Source: Setoptus koraiensis
Taxonomy: Eukaryota > Animalia > Arthropoda
Reading direction: 5' to 3'
DNA length: 64,000 nt
Assembly: GCA_048013815.1 (NCBI GenBank)
Contig: CM106586.1
Span: forward strand, 9,920,001 to 9,984,000
Part shown: positions 1-13,540 of the stretch, piece by piece
How the letters are laid out: each line of letters begins with the position of its first letter
Position numbering within the stretch: the first letter of the stretch is position 1
Notes under the pieces: model-generated
Told to the model about the DNA's origin: nothing
Seen by the model: the letters and a program-made list of their open reading frames with translations, nothing else
Database searches by the model: none
Position numbers and translations under genes: made by a program

Positions 1-1584
1 GCGGTGTCGCGGTATCACGCGGTATTATGGTATTATAGTATTATGGTATTGCGTCATCAGTAGCTGGCAACATTGCATGATTTAGTCGGTGTTTAGCGGC
101 GTTTAGCCGGCCAGCAGATAGTCCGATTGAGTGTGTGATTACACGCAGACGACGACGATTACATCACAGCATGACATGATTACATGATTGCGAGCACGTG
201 GCGGTCGCCGTACGTGCTGGTTGCGTCAACAGGGAACCCATTGAATAATAATGAGTGCGCTCTGATTGGCGGTTGGCCTGCGTCGCTGTTGCCGTTGTCG
301 TTGTTGTTGTGGCTGTTGCCGTTGTTGTTGGCTCGGTTGTTGCGGCTCGGTTGTTGTTGGCTCGGTTGTCGCGGCTCGGTTGTCGGCGTTGCAACCGAGC
401 GACAACAACATTGCAATAATGCGCTTTTGATTTGTTCATAATTAGTGTTGCCACTGGTCGAGTGCTTGACACTGGCGGACAGTTTCGAGATGAGACAAAC
501 TGCAAAAGCGCAACCGAAACTGGCCCCAAAGTCGCCCCTCGTGACCGTTGCGCCGGCCACTGTGAGAACGCGCCCTGTTCCGGGTGCCGAAACTGTGCCA
601 ACGAGTGCGCTAATGCAGTCGCTAATGCCGGCGCGCGCGCGCGCCCGCGTTGCTAAAGACGAGCCACGCCGGATAAATGGGAATCGGCCCATTACTATTG
701 TTACGTAATAATAATTACCGCGACAACACCGCTCACACACTCGCCCCGCACAGCGCGATGCGGCCAATGCGTGTCCGTCATCGTCGCTGTCATTGTTGGC
801 GTGGCCGGTTGTTGCTCGTCGCCGGTTGTTGCCGGTTGTTGCCGGTCGTTGCAGTTGCTGGCCGCTGTTGCTGGCGCCGGTCGCAGTCGGTTGTGGTCGG
901 TGGTTGCCGGTGGTTGCCGGTTGTTGCCGGTGGTTGCCACATCAGTGGCGAGGGGCGCACCAACAGAGCAGAGCAAATTAGTTACATCACACAGTGCGAG
1001 TCCTCCCAAGACAAATCGTGTGAATGGCGAGAATTCTCTCAGGCCGGCCGGCGTGTCAGTGGCCGTAGCCATGGCAGTGCAACAACGGCAACAACTGCAA
1101 CGACAACAGCAACAACAACGCCAACAACGCCAACCACTGCAGCAACAACAACAACAACAACAACTGCAACAACGACAACTGCGAAATTAACAACGGCGAC
1201 ACAAATCAAGTGAACCCGACAAGAGGCAAGTTGTTGCCACTTGCCACTTCTGCGCGCCAATTTGTCACGCGCGCTGCCGGCCGGCGCGGCGCGGACCGGC
1301 GGCACAGCAGTCCATTATTGGGGCCTCTGACGTAATTGTGAGCCAGCTCGGACACGCACACTGTCCGTTCGGCGGGCGCGCTTTTGTGCAACACTGACCA
1401 AGATTGCGCAACAGCGCGGCACAATCTTGCGAGTCACACGACGGTCGGGCACAGCGCAGCGTGATCAAGTTGCGATAATCAGTTTGTCACCGTGCCGCAA
1501 CAAGGAATTTATCAGAGTATTTCCCGCGCCAAACATGGCACAAATACCGCACAAATATCGGGTGGCCAGCAAAATTGTGCACAC

Positions 1585-1666
1585 ATATATCGATACATAT
1601 CAATGTATATCGATAGATATCAATGTATATCGATGTATATCGACATGTATCGATGTGCATCGATCG
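1585..1666. repeat. Degenerate tandem array of ATCGAT-containing palindromic units
   Basis: atatatcgatacatatcaatgtatatcgatagatatcaatgtatatcgatgtatatcgacatgtatcgatgtgcatcgatcg. Confidence 0.75.
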
Positions 1667-4600
1667 TTCGCCGGGCGAGCGCGGTGCGAATGTGATTCCC
1701 GTCGCGACCACGGGGGCGCTCAAGTGCCACTGGCCGCGCATCGAGCACGAAGTAGCTTGGCGTCACAGCGCCGATATCGCACCGCATCGCCGTTTGTAAC
1801 ATGTGACGCAACAAGCCGCTGGACGGCGGCCAACCGGACCGCGGGCAACTGGACGGCGGGCCGCAAACGGGCGCAAGCTGCAAGCGCCCCGTCGCCCACT
1901 CAAATCAAATTACACGCTTGTTTCTGTTTATTTGTTACGCTGCCGGCCAGTCGTTAGCGGGGGCGCCCCGCGGACACTCAACAATCGCGGCCCGTTCCAG
2001 TGTGTTAGTGAGTGGACACTTTGTCGGCGGCGTCGGCCCGACGTAGCCGCGGCCCGGCGCGGCTGCGGCCCGGCGTGGTTGCGGCCGTCGGCGACCACGG
2101 CGACCATCGCGGCCGCAACTATGCAAATGGCAACATGCACAATCGTCGGCACAGTCCGCTCACATATGCCGTAATCGCTTGCTCTCGGCTAGCCGCTTAC
2201 AATGTCGGAATGGGCACGGCTTAAACAGCGAGGCGCGGTTGGGACGACGCGCGGGCGCGGCCACGGGCCGACTGTGCCGGCGAGCGGGCGAGCCATGACG
2301 GGTTGTTGTGGGCAGTTTATGAAGTGAGCCGAGGGACCACTCAATAAACTTTGCAGAGGTTCGCACATGCAAATCATAATTTATTTATTTTAAATATGCG
2401 GCGGTGCGAGCGCCGAGCGGAGCGCTCGACCCCCCGAGAGCTGGCCGCGGGTTTGGCCGCTTCGGGGGACGCCGCCGCTGTGCCCGATCTGTGCGCCCCG
2501 GCCGGCACAACTGGCGGCACAACTGGCGGCGCAATTCGGGGCTGCCCGTGCGCCAGTGGGCCGGCGAACGGGCAGCCGAACCCGAAATGGCCAATAGGCC
2601 AGATAATAACAATCACAAGTCGGGAGCAATTATCCGAGCCGCTGCGTGTGCCGTGGTCATTGACACCGGCGCAGTTGTTGGTGGCTAGTTGTTAGTGATT
2701 TATTGCCAGATGGCCGGTGCTGCTAGGGGTATGGTCTCCATTATAGGCCTCAATGAACATGGTGATAATTTGATTTGGAGGAGCCGCGAGCCAACGGCAA
2801 ACAGCGCGTTATTTGCACGAGCTCACACCACGAGCTCACACCACGAGCCACGAGCCGCCGGCCAGTGCCACGGGCGACGCACTCAGCGGCTCATTAGTCG
2901 GGCGCTCGTCGGCGGCGAGCCCGTCGGGGGCAGCCGCTGGGAGCCAAACAACAACAACATGCTAGAAATATCCAATTGTTGCCAGTTTATAATTTACTAA
3001 TGAGTTATTGATTGCACCAATATTCCGATGAGCGATCGACAAGCCGCGCCAAGCAGCCGCAAGCGGCTAATAAACTCACCAACTGACCGCTGAGCAACCA
3101 ACTAACAACCGGGTTGACAAGCGCACGGCCAAACAAACTGGCCCAACTGACCAAACTGACCACACTGACCACACTGACCACACTGACCACACAGCGGCTC
3201 ACCATGGCAACTGCTGGCTGCGGCGCACGAGCGGCAGGCACCAATAATCTGCTCCTAATTATCATAATTATCCTGCCTCTATTATCCACTGCCACTCTAA
3301 TCATTCGTGTATGTCGCCGGCCGGCCCGTCGCCCTAACAGCGATCGCGGGTGACCCGAGCCCGGCCCGTCGCCCTGATAGAGATCGCGGGTGACCGGACC
3401 GCCGACCGGACACGGTTGTGGCCGGTGAACGATCGATGGAGCGCACAACTTTGACAATAAATCGACCCATCGATTGATTGTCGCAATGGGATCGGAATGG
3501 GCAAAATAGGAAAAATATGAAAATATGAAAAACGCAACAGCGCGTAGGCGAAATAACCCGAGAAACAGGAAAAACGGGAAACTCTGGACAGGCCCGCGAC
3601 AGAGAAACGGGCAACGGAAGAAACTTGAATGCAGCTGAATAATGCACTTGAGCCATCCAAGTTGAGCGCAGAGAAATGGGAAATGGGGAAACCGGCGAAA
3701 CGGCTAAACTGGCGAAAGGGCGAAACGGGAAAATGGTGAATTGGCGAACGGGCGGACTGGGAAAATGGCAAGGGCGGCTGTGGCGAAAAGCGAGCCGCGG
3801 AAGGTGGCGCTGCGATTGTGTCCGAGCGAGCCATTGTTTGCACGAAATCAAAAACAAAACGAATCGGCGCGAATGGTTATCCTTTGACGGGCGATGCTTA
3901 CTGTCTGATGATCGAGTTTGATCGAGTTCGATCGGCTCGAGAAGCCGCTCGAAAAGAACTCGTTGTGTCGTGGGCCCGGCGCTGCGTTGAGGTTCGCATG
4001 GCAAGTGTTGGAATGGTGGCGAAACAAAGAATTGCAAGAAGCGCCGCGGAGGCACAGCGGCCACCAACGACGGTATCAATCATCATTATCATCAGGTAAT
4101 CATGGCGCCATTACATGTGTCGGGCGGCGTTCTTTTCTCGGCGTGTCGTTCGCCCATCTCGCTGCTGCTCGGCTGCTGCTCGGCCGCTGGTCGAGTCACC
4201 TGTCGAACGCTCTCGGCGGACAGTCGGCACGGCCAATCCACAGCCAGCTTATACAGCAAGCGTACATAGCAAGCGTACATAGCGAGCGATGCGGTTGCTG
4301 CTGTCGCTGTTGTAGTCGTTGTTGTGGCTGTTGTAGTCGTTGTTGTGGCTGTTGTTGGTGTTGTTGCTGCTGTCGCGGCTGCAGTTGATGTTGTTGTCGT
4401 TGCTGTCGCTGTTGTTGTTGCTGTTGTAATTGGCACTAAATTAACCACAAAACCAGATATCATCATGATGAAATTGACTCATGTGAGCTCCACTGAAACA
4501 TGTACCTGTCGCCGTTCTGATTTAACGATATCTGCGACGCACACACAGTGCAAAATATATGATATGTATATAAAATAAAACGAAATAAAATAACATAAAA

Positions 4601-6000
4601 CGAGAACAAACTAGTTTATCTGTCGACGATTAAAAGCGTCCGATGCGCCGCCAGCGTTCAGCAAATTTCGACAGCGGCAGCATTCAGCAAATTTCAGCGA
4701 CTAAAACCGCACTAAAGCGACACAAATAGAGAAGCCAGCCAATTAAGCTAATAATAGCTAATGGCCGACGAGAGAGATAATTGCCATACAATCTTGCCAC
4801 AGCCAGCGCGATACAGCCAGAGCGACACAGCCAGAGCGATACAGGCCGGCCAGGCCGGTGCATTGAGCAGCCGAGCACAAACAAACGAGCTTGTCGGACA
4901 CAAATTGATTTGCAAATTGATTGCCGCCGACAGCCGACAGTAACTGGCTCAAATGAAACTAATTGCTTTCATTTTGGCTGCTCTATAACAGCACCGATGG
5001 CGATTCGCGGCGACCGGCCACCTCCGTGGCTCGACGGCGCTGCCGACGTTCGAACGTTCGAGCGTTCGAATGTCGAGCGAAGCGGCCGGCGAACGGCCGG
5101 CGAAACGCCAAATGCGAGCGAGGCCGAAATTAAACGCGACGATAAATAAATTAATCACAATGGCCGGCGAGCACGACGACAAATTGGCGTGGCGTCGTTA
5201 TTATTATCGAGCTGTCATTATCAATAAAACACTCGCAACGAGCGCACTATAACAGGTGCACATGACGCCGTTTGCAACGAGAGTTTTCAGTTTATAGAGC
5301 GTCGCAGTTTTTGGAAATTTTAGAGTTTTTAGGCACTTCGCAATGTCCGAATCTGACAATTCGGACACTTCGGCGGGCCCGGTGAATGGGCTTGCGGGCC
5401 GCTCGTCAACGGCTGGTTGGCCGCGTTCGGCCGGCCCGTTCTCTGACAGCTCGGCATGCCTATAAATAACTGGGCGCTTTATAGGCAGGCCCTTGTTTAT
5501 GTTTGTTGTTGGCGCCGTTGTTTGCCATTACACAATGGCTTGAGTGGCGCATACGTAATACATGCGTAACGTGTACACAATATGCACACTACATACGTAA
5601 TATGGACACGATGTGTAACAGCAGGACTGTCCTGCCTGCTATTACACGTTACGTAATAAGCGATGCACAGTGCACACGTTACTGCATTGCTCTTTGCGCT
5701 ACAATTGCGTCACAACTGCTGCCAGACTGGCTTTGCATCAGGCGATATCTGGCGAGACTGGCGATATCTGCCAGATATTATCTGGCCATCGGCGGGCAGT
5801 AATTTGTTGGCGCAGTCGCTCCATTAGCGGGCTATGATTGATAATGTAATGCGATATCCATGTGCACTTGTTATGTTTCGTGTGCGCCCGGTGAGTTTTT
5901 TGCGCAACGTTGCGCAATGTGGCACAACTGCTCGCAACTTGCACGATGCAAGCATATACATGTACGTGTATATGTATATACGTACATCCGAACACATCCG

Positions 6001-6060
6001 CGGATGTGCACACGAATGCGCGGATGTGCACACGAATGCGCGGATATGCACACGAATGCG
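6001..6060. repeat. 20-bp tandem repeat x3 (cggatgtgcacacgaatgcg)
   Basis: Three copies with one substitution. Confidence 0.9.
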
Positions 6061-6904
6061 TCCCAAGTTGCGTAAGCGAACAGGCGAGAGCGGCGGGGGT
6101 GGGGGCGGGGGCAAATTTCATTAGGCGGCGGTCGCGGCTGGCCGGCCCGACGGGCGCCGACGAGCGCCGACTTGGCGCGCCGGCACCGGCAAAATATTTA
6201 TTTATTTATTGCCAACAACAGACTAATGGATGGTCTCGACGAGCTGGCCATAAATTGGCCGGCCGGCCGGTCGGCCAACTCGAGCACAATTGCGCGCAAT
6301 TGCACGGCTGGCCAATTTACGGGCAGGCGTCGTGACAGGCCTAGGTGATGCGAGTTCGCCAGTTCTCGCTTCTCTCTGCTCGCTTCTCGGGCCGCTTCTC
6401 GCTTGCCGGGCCGCGACTCGCCTGCGAAGCGCACTCTCGTCAGGTGCCGCAGCCCGTCGCGGGCTCGGCGAGCCGCGGGCCGCGAACTGAGAGAGCCGAC
6501 AGAACCGAGAACCGAGCGAACTGAGAGAGCCGAGAGAAGCGAAAGAAGCGAGAGAAGCGAGAGAAGCGAGAGAAGCGAGAAACTGAGAGAGCCGCGAATC
6601 GCCAATTTCCAACTGGCAAGCCGACGAACGCATTGCTGCGATACACTGCGAATTACAGCGAGTCGCGCCGAGCCGGCGAGCTGTGCGAAGCTTGTGCGAA
6701 CTGTGTGTAGTCGATCGTTTATCTGTCGAACGTTCGCTGCCTATATCGGGCTGACACTGTTGCCAAGTAGCGAGCCGAGCAGTCAAGTCGAGAATAATGT
6801 GCTCCCCTTTGCACTTTGCCCGTCTCGCCGTCGGCCGGCAGCTCGGGCTCGACATGACTCTTTGGCATGTCGTTGGCTCGTTACCTTGCTCGTCTCGCCG
6901 CTTG

Positions 6905-7010
6905 GCGCTTCTTGTCGCTTCTTTGCAGTTCTCGGCTTCTTTGCAGTTCTCGGCTTCTTGGCAGTTGTTGGCTTCTCGGCCGTCGCTGGCTTCTCGGCTT
7001 CTGCTGGCTT
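6905..7010. repeat. ~18-bp degenerate tandem repeat (ggcttctttgcagttctc)
   Basis: About 5 drifting copies; the source of the spurious KPRTAK ORF. Confidence 0.8.
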
Positions 7011-7631
7011 ATCCGCGCCGAGTCGAAGCTGGCAGCGCCGCAATCAGCATGAGATGACACACTAACACTACGCAAACACCGACGCTCATGACTCATGACT
7101 CGAGATACCGTCGTCGCTGCTACACATTTCGCCATTGCGCCACTTCGACGGCTCGACGGCTCGGCGGTTCGGCGCTCGGCGGCTCGACGGGCCGGATTAA
7201 TTGCCGCCGCGTCTGGCCGCCACTCGGAGCGGCTCGGCGCGGCTCACGCCGCGCCGCTGCTGGCGCGGAGAGCGTGATTGCGCCCGGCAGCGCGGATCAA
7301 TGAGCGAGATAATGACTCTACCTATAGGCCGCATAGTGCGCAGTGACAACAGCGTCAGCCCTTAGCAGCTAAACAGCTCCAAATGGCACAACACACACAC
7401 ACACACAATTTGTATGACACAAACAAACAAACAGGCAAACATGTTACGACGGACAGACGCGCAAACGGGCGACATATCATCGGCAGGAATCGGCGCTTAG
7501 CTGCTGCCTGTAAACATTTTAACATTGTGACATTCGGGCGTTTAACATTTTCACATTGGCAACACATACGGCGCTGTCAGCGTCCACTCGGCCAGTTCTT
7601 CGGTGCTTCGGTGCTTCGATTCGTCGGTTCT

Positions 7632-7859
7632 TCGGTTCGCCAGCTCGTCGGTTCGCCAGTTCGCCAGTTCGCAGCTTGCGGTTCGAATTCGAAATTCGCT
7701 CGGCAATTCGCTCGGCAGTTCGCTCGGCAATTCGCGGCTCGCCGTTCGCGGTTCGCAGCTCGGCGAGCCAGCGGCCGCGTTCGAGCGTCGAGCGAATTTT
7801 GAATTCGAATCGCAAGCTGCGAACTGGCGAACTGGCGAACCGACGAGCTGGCGAACCGA
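7632..7859. repeat. Inverted repeat: 71-bp arms (7632-7702 and 7789-7859), 2 mismatches, 86-bp spacer
   Basis: Manual reverse complement of the right arm matches the left arm except at two positions. Confidence 0.9.
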
Positions 7860-8191
7860 CGAGCTGGCAGCGAGTTCGAATTCGAAGGCAGCGAATTCGA
7901 AGGCAAGGAATTCGAAGGCAGCCACAGCCAAGGCAGCGAATTCGAAGACGGCGAAGCGCATTCAAATGCAGCGGCCGAGCGCAGACAAGCGCTCGTAACA
8001 GGTGACTACTCGCCAGTAACATGTCGGCCCGGCCGAACTGTGCGAGCTGTCAGTTGTCACACTCACAACAGTTGTCACACTCACAAAAGTTGTCAAACAG
8101 CTGTTGTGCCAACCTGTGTCCAACTGACAGCTGTGTATAGGGCGCCATCGGTGGCCGGTGTTATATAGGCCGGCTAATTGTGTGCCCACTT

Positions 8192-8392
8192 ATGCTCATT
8201 TCTGGCAATATGGCTCATTTCTAAAAAGTTGGCTCATTTCTGACAAGTTGGCTCATTTCTAAAAAGTTTGCTCGTTTCTAGCAAGTTGGCTCGCTTCTGA
8301 CGAATTGGCTGGCCGCTAACGAATGGCTCGCCGCTGACAAATTGGCTCGCTGCTAACAAATTGGCTCGCTAGTGACGAATCGCTGGCTCGCT
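8192..8392. repeat. 19-bp minisatellite, ~10 copies, drifting from tggctcatttctaaaaagt to tggctcgctgctaacaaat
   Basis: Units aligned by eye. Confidence 0.88.
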
Positions 8393-9783
8393 AAGGGCAA
8401 CGCCGTCTCTTTACCTGGCCGACTAATCGATTCGACAATCATAATTGAACCTTGGCCATTATTCGCGACCGCTCGCACCCGGCCGGCATAATGCCCGTAC
8501 CACTTTTTGGGCGGCCGCTGTGCTCGCTGGAGCCGCCATTGGAGCGCTTGGAGCGCCGAACGAACGAGCAACAACAAACGACGAACAACAACCAACAAAT
8601 AACAAATAAATTGCCGCTGTTGTTGTTGTCGCTGTTGTTGTTGTCGCTGTTGTTGTTGTCGCTGTTGTTGTTGTCGCTGTTGTTGTCGCTGTTGTTGTCG
8701 CTGTTGAGCAAGCACATTATGAATTTGTCTCGTCAACTTGGCGACCGATCGACCGAGCCCAACTGACGAATCGACGCCAACTGACGGATCGACGCCAACC
8801 GATCCACCGATCGGCAACCGACCGATCGGCAGCTGATCGAGCGAGCGCCATTATCAACTGCGAGCTAGCCGGCCGGTCGCACCATTATTAATGGGCACGG
8901 AGACAAGGTGAAACGATAAACGAGCGGCCAGAGCAGCGAAAAGAAGCGAGCCAATACAAACAAACGAGCAAAGAATCGGTGCGATTCGTTTCATGTTGCC
9001 AACAGCAGCCAACAACACAATTCGCACACACAGTGTCGGTGTCGGCCAATTCGACGACAATTGACAACTTGCCTGTTGTTTGCGACTCTGATTGAGTCAC
9101 GCAAGCCGGCAACGCCGATAACAACGACAGCGGCAGCAGCGACAACAACAGCGACAACAACAACGACAGCAACACCGACAACACCGACAACAACGACACA
9201 AACAACAACAATTACAGCCAGTCAGCCAGCCAGATCACTGGCTGTCACTTCCGAGCGGCGCCATTGTCTTGCTGCACACTCGATCTGGTTACTGCTATCG
9301 CCATTATTATCAGTATTAATATTACTATTATTATTATTGTTATTATTTATTGTTGTTTGCGTCGCTTCCTTCATGTTTACACATCGGCAGCCGCTCGGCA
9401 GCAACACTTTCGAGTCGATTCGAATGGGAAAATTCGCGTCGAGCACACACATTTATTTTGATACTTCACCCACCGGCGGACCGGGCAATCAATTACAACA
9501 ATGGGCTCATATAGGCTCATATTCACTATTGTGACTATTGTCGCGCCCGACAATGCCCACCCTCGATATTGCTGTTGGGCGCAGTGGCAAGCGTCAACTC
9601 GTCAGCATTCAACGACCACGATAATTTTGACGATCTCGCCAATCAAACGACACAGCCAGTCGTCGCAGTCGAGCTAGCTTGACGGCTCACGATTTATAAG
9701 TATAATTATTAATGTTAGCGATGGTAGTATCGGCGTTACTATTATTGCTATTATTATTATTATTATTATCATTATTATTATTG

Positions 9784-9815
<32 letters not shown>

Positions 9816-11182
9816 GGGGTCGTTTGAGCGCGGCTTGCGCGCTATCAGCGCACAGTTTGCGGCCTGGAGCGGCTCGCGCAACGGCGCCGCACAGCGAGCC
9901 GCGCTGTGCACTGTGCAGTTTTGCTTACCTGCAGTTTAGTGTGCCTATATAGGTTCATATAGACCCTTGTGCAATATACCTGGCTGTGTTGTGTAATGAG
10001 AGCGCCGTCTGGCATCGTCTGGCGGGCCGGTGAAGCTGGCACAGCGAGCGCGCAATTGCACACGCAATCGGCGTGCCGGCTCGCTGATTTGTATCTACAA
10101 ATCAGCGAGCCGGACAGATACCCGACAGTGGTTGGCCGACCGGTTGTGAGCCGGCGTCAAATGGTGCTCGGTTTGAGCGGCGGCCCCGCAAACTGTGCGC
10201 CGCTGCGACGACGACCACCATAATGTGATATCATATCACACCACTGGCACCGGCCCAGCCGATAATAGCAGCAGAACTGTTGCGAAGGGACTGGCGAAGA
10301 ACTGGCAAAAGAACTGGCAAAGAACTGGCAAAGAACGGGCAAAGAACTGGCGAAGGAACGCTTCGGCCAGCGAGGGGGACGACATCTGACTGTTTGTGGC
10401 GACTGGTCATTGAGCAGCCAGCGGCGGCAATATGAGCAATAAGCTGCGAGTGTGTACATTGTGCAGGACAGGTGCGTAACTGTGCAAGTGGCGAACAGAG
10501 GGGGACAAAAGTGGCGCGAAGGAGGCGCTTAGAAGCGGCGGCGTTCGGTGCGCGTCAGTTGTGCGCATTGTTTGCGATGCGCACATATTGCGGCTCGGAG
10601 CTGTTGTTGTTGTTGCAGTTGTTGATAGTGTTGAATTGTTGCACTACTAACAAAGTGTCAATCGTCAGCTAATCATCGCCTAAGCACCACAAGCAACAAC
10701 TGCAACAGCAACAGCGCCAGCAGCGCCAACAACAGCCGCAACAACAGCCGCAACAACAGCACAACAACAACAGCAGCAGCAACAGCAGCAACCACAGCAG
10801 CAACAACAGCAACAGCAAATCGGCTCGCCCCAAATTAGCTCACATTTCGTCGGCCACATCGCTGTCAATTGCAAATCAAGCGACCATGAGCTAACACCCG
10901 CCAGCGCTGACAGATCGCAGCAACAGCCCACGATATCTCACGATTATACAGTTACTGTCCGGTTGTCGAGCCCACAGTGGACGCAACACAGTCGAGCATC
11001 GCCGAACGCAAGTCACGCCAGCCGCGAGAGGCCCCTGCGAGCGACAAGTCGCCCAACAATCAGGCCGAGAGCCGTAAGAGTATTACGAGAGTAGTAACAC
11101 CAACACCAATGAAGTAGACAAACCAGCAGACAGAGCCAGCAGCAGAAGAAGAAGAGTCATTTGTGCAAAGAAGCGAACAATT

Positions 11183-13270
11183 ATGAAAGAAGTAAAGCAA
11201 GAGATCAACACCAACTGCAGCAACAGCAACCCATCGTCGCCCTCGTCGTCGTCGTCGTCGTCGCAGTCGACGAGCCCATTGCCCTCGCCCTCGCCCACCC
11301 CGTCGCCGTCGCTGTCGCCGTCGCGTTCGCCCTCGCCGTCGCCCCGTCAGGCCCAGCATCACCCATTATCGCACCAGCATCATCACCCATTGTCGCATCA
11401 TCACCATCACAACAACAGCAACAACAACAACAACCACCACCATCATCACAATCATCTCAACAGCAACCAGAATCATCACCAGCACCAAAATCACAGCAGC
11501 AACAGCAGCAATCATCACATTCATCACGGCAAGATCGGTTTGCATCATCACAACAACATGACACCCAACGCTGCTAGCGCCAAGTCCTCCACGGACTTCT
11601 CCATAGAGGCCATCATGAAGCGAGGCTCTAGTCCGTCGTCGTCGTCTTCGTTGCACAATAATAATCATCATCATCATCAATACAACACGGCATCAACAAA
11701 ATCAACGACCTCGTCCTCATCGTCGTCATCGTCGTCGAGCAGAAAGAGACAATGCTTTGGCCACCAGAACAACCAAAATCAACCAACCACAACAAACCAA
11801 CAACAACCAACAACAAATGCAGCCACCACCACCAACAACAACAACAACCAACACCACCACAATGTACCACCTAGCATCAAACAACAGACAAACAATATCA
11901 ACGAGCCAGCTAGTGTAGCTAGCAAATCAGCAACAAACAACAAGTCACAATCACAGTCGGTTCATCAAATTGAATGTCATCTAGATAACAAACGCATGTG
12001 GGATCAATTCAATGATTTGGGCACTGAGATGATTATCACTAAAACAGGCAGAAGAATGTTTCCAGTAATGAGAGTGTCATTCTCAAATACAGACCCAAAT
12101 GCCCGTTATGCCATATCAATGGATATAGTGCCCGTTGATAACAAACGTTATAGGTATGCCTATCACAAGTCATGCTGGCAAGTGGCCGGCAAGGCAGATC
12201 CGTCGTCGCCGCCGCGCCTATATCAGCATCCTGATTCACCTTTCAATGGCGACCAATTGAAGAGACAGGTGATTACATTTGAGAAAGTTAAATTAACTAA
12301 TAATGATATGGATAAACAAGGTCACATAATATTGAATTCAATGCACAAATATCAGCCACGGGTTCACATTGTTGAATTGAAATCATCTAATAATAATAAT
12401 ATTAGCGCCAGCAACAGCAACAATAATAATAGTAGTAATAATCATCGTTCATCAGATCAAGCACCCTATGGCGACGCGTCGCACGGATCACATCATTTAC
12501 ATAATCAACAACAACAACAACAACAACAAGAGATAGAAATTAAGACGTTCGTATTTCCAGAAACTGTCTTTACAGCTGTTACTGCCTACCAAAATCAATT
12601 AATAACCAAATTGAAGATTGACTCTAATCCGTTTGCAAAAGGATTTCGTGATTCATCACGCCTAACAGATCTAGATCGCAACGATTCACTAGATTATGGC
12701 GGCTCCATGATGGGTGGCCATCATTCGGGCGACTCTATGCACCATTCGGCAATGGCGGCGGCAGCAGCGGCTGCGGCCTCCCTAGACGCCAATCAAATGG
12801 AAATGTATCAACTATTGAATCCTTGGTACCAAATGGCCCTATCTAGCTGCATGGGTATGCCATCGCCGGCAGGCTATTTAGGAGGTGGCGGACCCGGTGC
12901 CACTGGTGGCGGCAATCTCGGTTTGGGTGTCGGTGGACCAGCCGGTGCTGGTGGCGGTATCGGGGGCGCAATTGGTGCAATTGGCGCCGGAGCTGTCCTT
13001 GGTCTCGGAGGTGCTGGTCAAGGCGGCGTCGGCGGTGGTAGTGGTCAACCAGGTGTACTTCCAGCGCCCAACCAAAATTCAAATATGCCACTGCCACCTA
13101 ATATGGCAAATATAGCCCATATACAGGCCCAACTTTGGATGGCCGCCATGAGCCAAATGAGCGCACCAAGAGCATTTGGAACACCCACCAGTACCCTAAG
13201 TGATGGATCACCCTCTACGGCAAGCAACGGAACCAATCAAGGTGGACAATCTAACAGTCAACAACAATGA
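11183..13270 (+). CDS. Tbx20: T-box transcription factor, Tbx20/H15/midline subfamily (695 aa, single coding exon)
   Basis: T-box domain at about 11965-12655: [87 protein letters not shown]. The YRYAYH and FRDSSRLTD motifs are Tbx20-type. N-terminal eh1 Groucho-binding motif DFSIEAIM at about 11593-11616. Confidence 0.93.
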   Translation: MKEVKQEINTNCSNSNPSSPSSSSSSSQSTSPLPSPSPTPSPSLSPSRSPSPSPRQAQHHPLSHQHHHPLSHHHHHNNSNNNNNHHHHHNHLNSNQNHHQHQNHSSNSSNHHIHHGKIGLHHHNNMTPNAASAKSSTDFSIEAIMKRGSSPSSSSSLHNNNHHHHQYNTASTKSTTSSSSSSSSSSRKRQCFGHQNNQNQPTTTNQQQPTTNAATTTNNNNNQHHHNVPPSIKQQTNNINEPASVASKSATNNKSQSQSVHQIECHLDNKRMWDQFNDLGTEMIITKTGRRMFPVMRVSFSNTDPNARYAISMDIVPVDNKRYRYAYHKSCWQVAGKADPSSPPRLYQHPDSPFNGDQLKRQVITFEKVKLTNNDMDKQGHIILNSMHKYQPRVHIVELKSSNNNNISASNSNNNNSSNNHRSSDQAPYGDASHGSHHLHNQQQQQQQQEIEIKTFVFPETVFTAVTAYQNQLITKLKIDSNPFAKGFRDSSRLTDLDRNDSLDYGGSMMGGHHSGDSMHHSAMAAAAAAAASLDANQMEMYQLLNPWYQMALSSCMGMPSPAGYLGGGGPGATGGGNLGLGVGGPAGAGGGIGGAIGAIGAGAVLGLGGAGQGGVGGGSGQPGVLPAPNQNSNMPLPPNMANIAHIQAQLWMAAMSQMSAPRAFGTPTSTLSDGSPSTASNGTNQGGQSNSQQQ

Positions 13271-13275
13271 ATAAA
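13270..13275 (+). terminator. Candidate AATAAA polyadenylation signal overlapping the Tbx20 stop codon (TGAATAAA)
   Basis: TGA at 13268-13270 and AATAAA at 13270-13275. Use of the signal is not demonstrated. Confidence 0.4.
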
Positions 13276-13465
13276 TAAGATAGTTCATTTATTCCTATGT
13301 GCCCTTTCAACGCGCCTCGTGTGTCCCCCCAATTTTACTTAGCTCTCAAATTTAGTTTAGTCGCTCAATTCACGTTCAATGATATCAAAGACGCATTCAG
13401 TTGACGAGCATTTAGATCATTCCCAGTAGTAGTTTGACAAGCAATTGCTGTTGCCGACAATTGCT

Positions 13466-13471
13466 TTTATT
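13466..13471 (-). terminator. Candidate AATAAA polyadenylation signal of SERF
   Basis: TTTATT on the + strand, about 70 nt downstream of the SERF stop. Confidence 0.45.
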
Positions 13472-13540
13472 CACGTGATTATTCTCTCTGTTATTAGCAC
13501 AATCAAATATTATACTGATACATATTTTCACTGATGCCGT

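Noticed and set aside
164-11100. Dozens of 60-260 aa ORFs on both strands (poly-T/Q/V/C/L, RA-rich)
   Set aside because: They are translations of trinucleotide mosaics and minisatellites in GC-rich, stop-poor DNA. They overlap in all frames and carry no family motifs.
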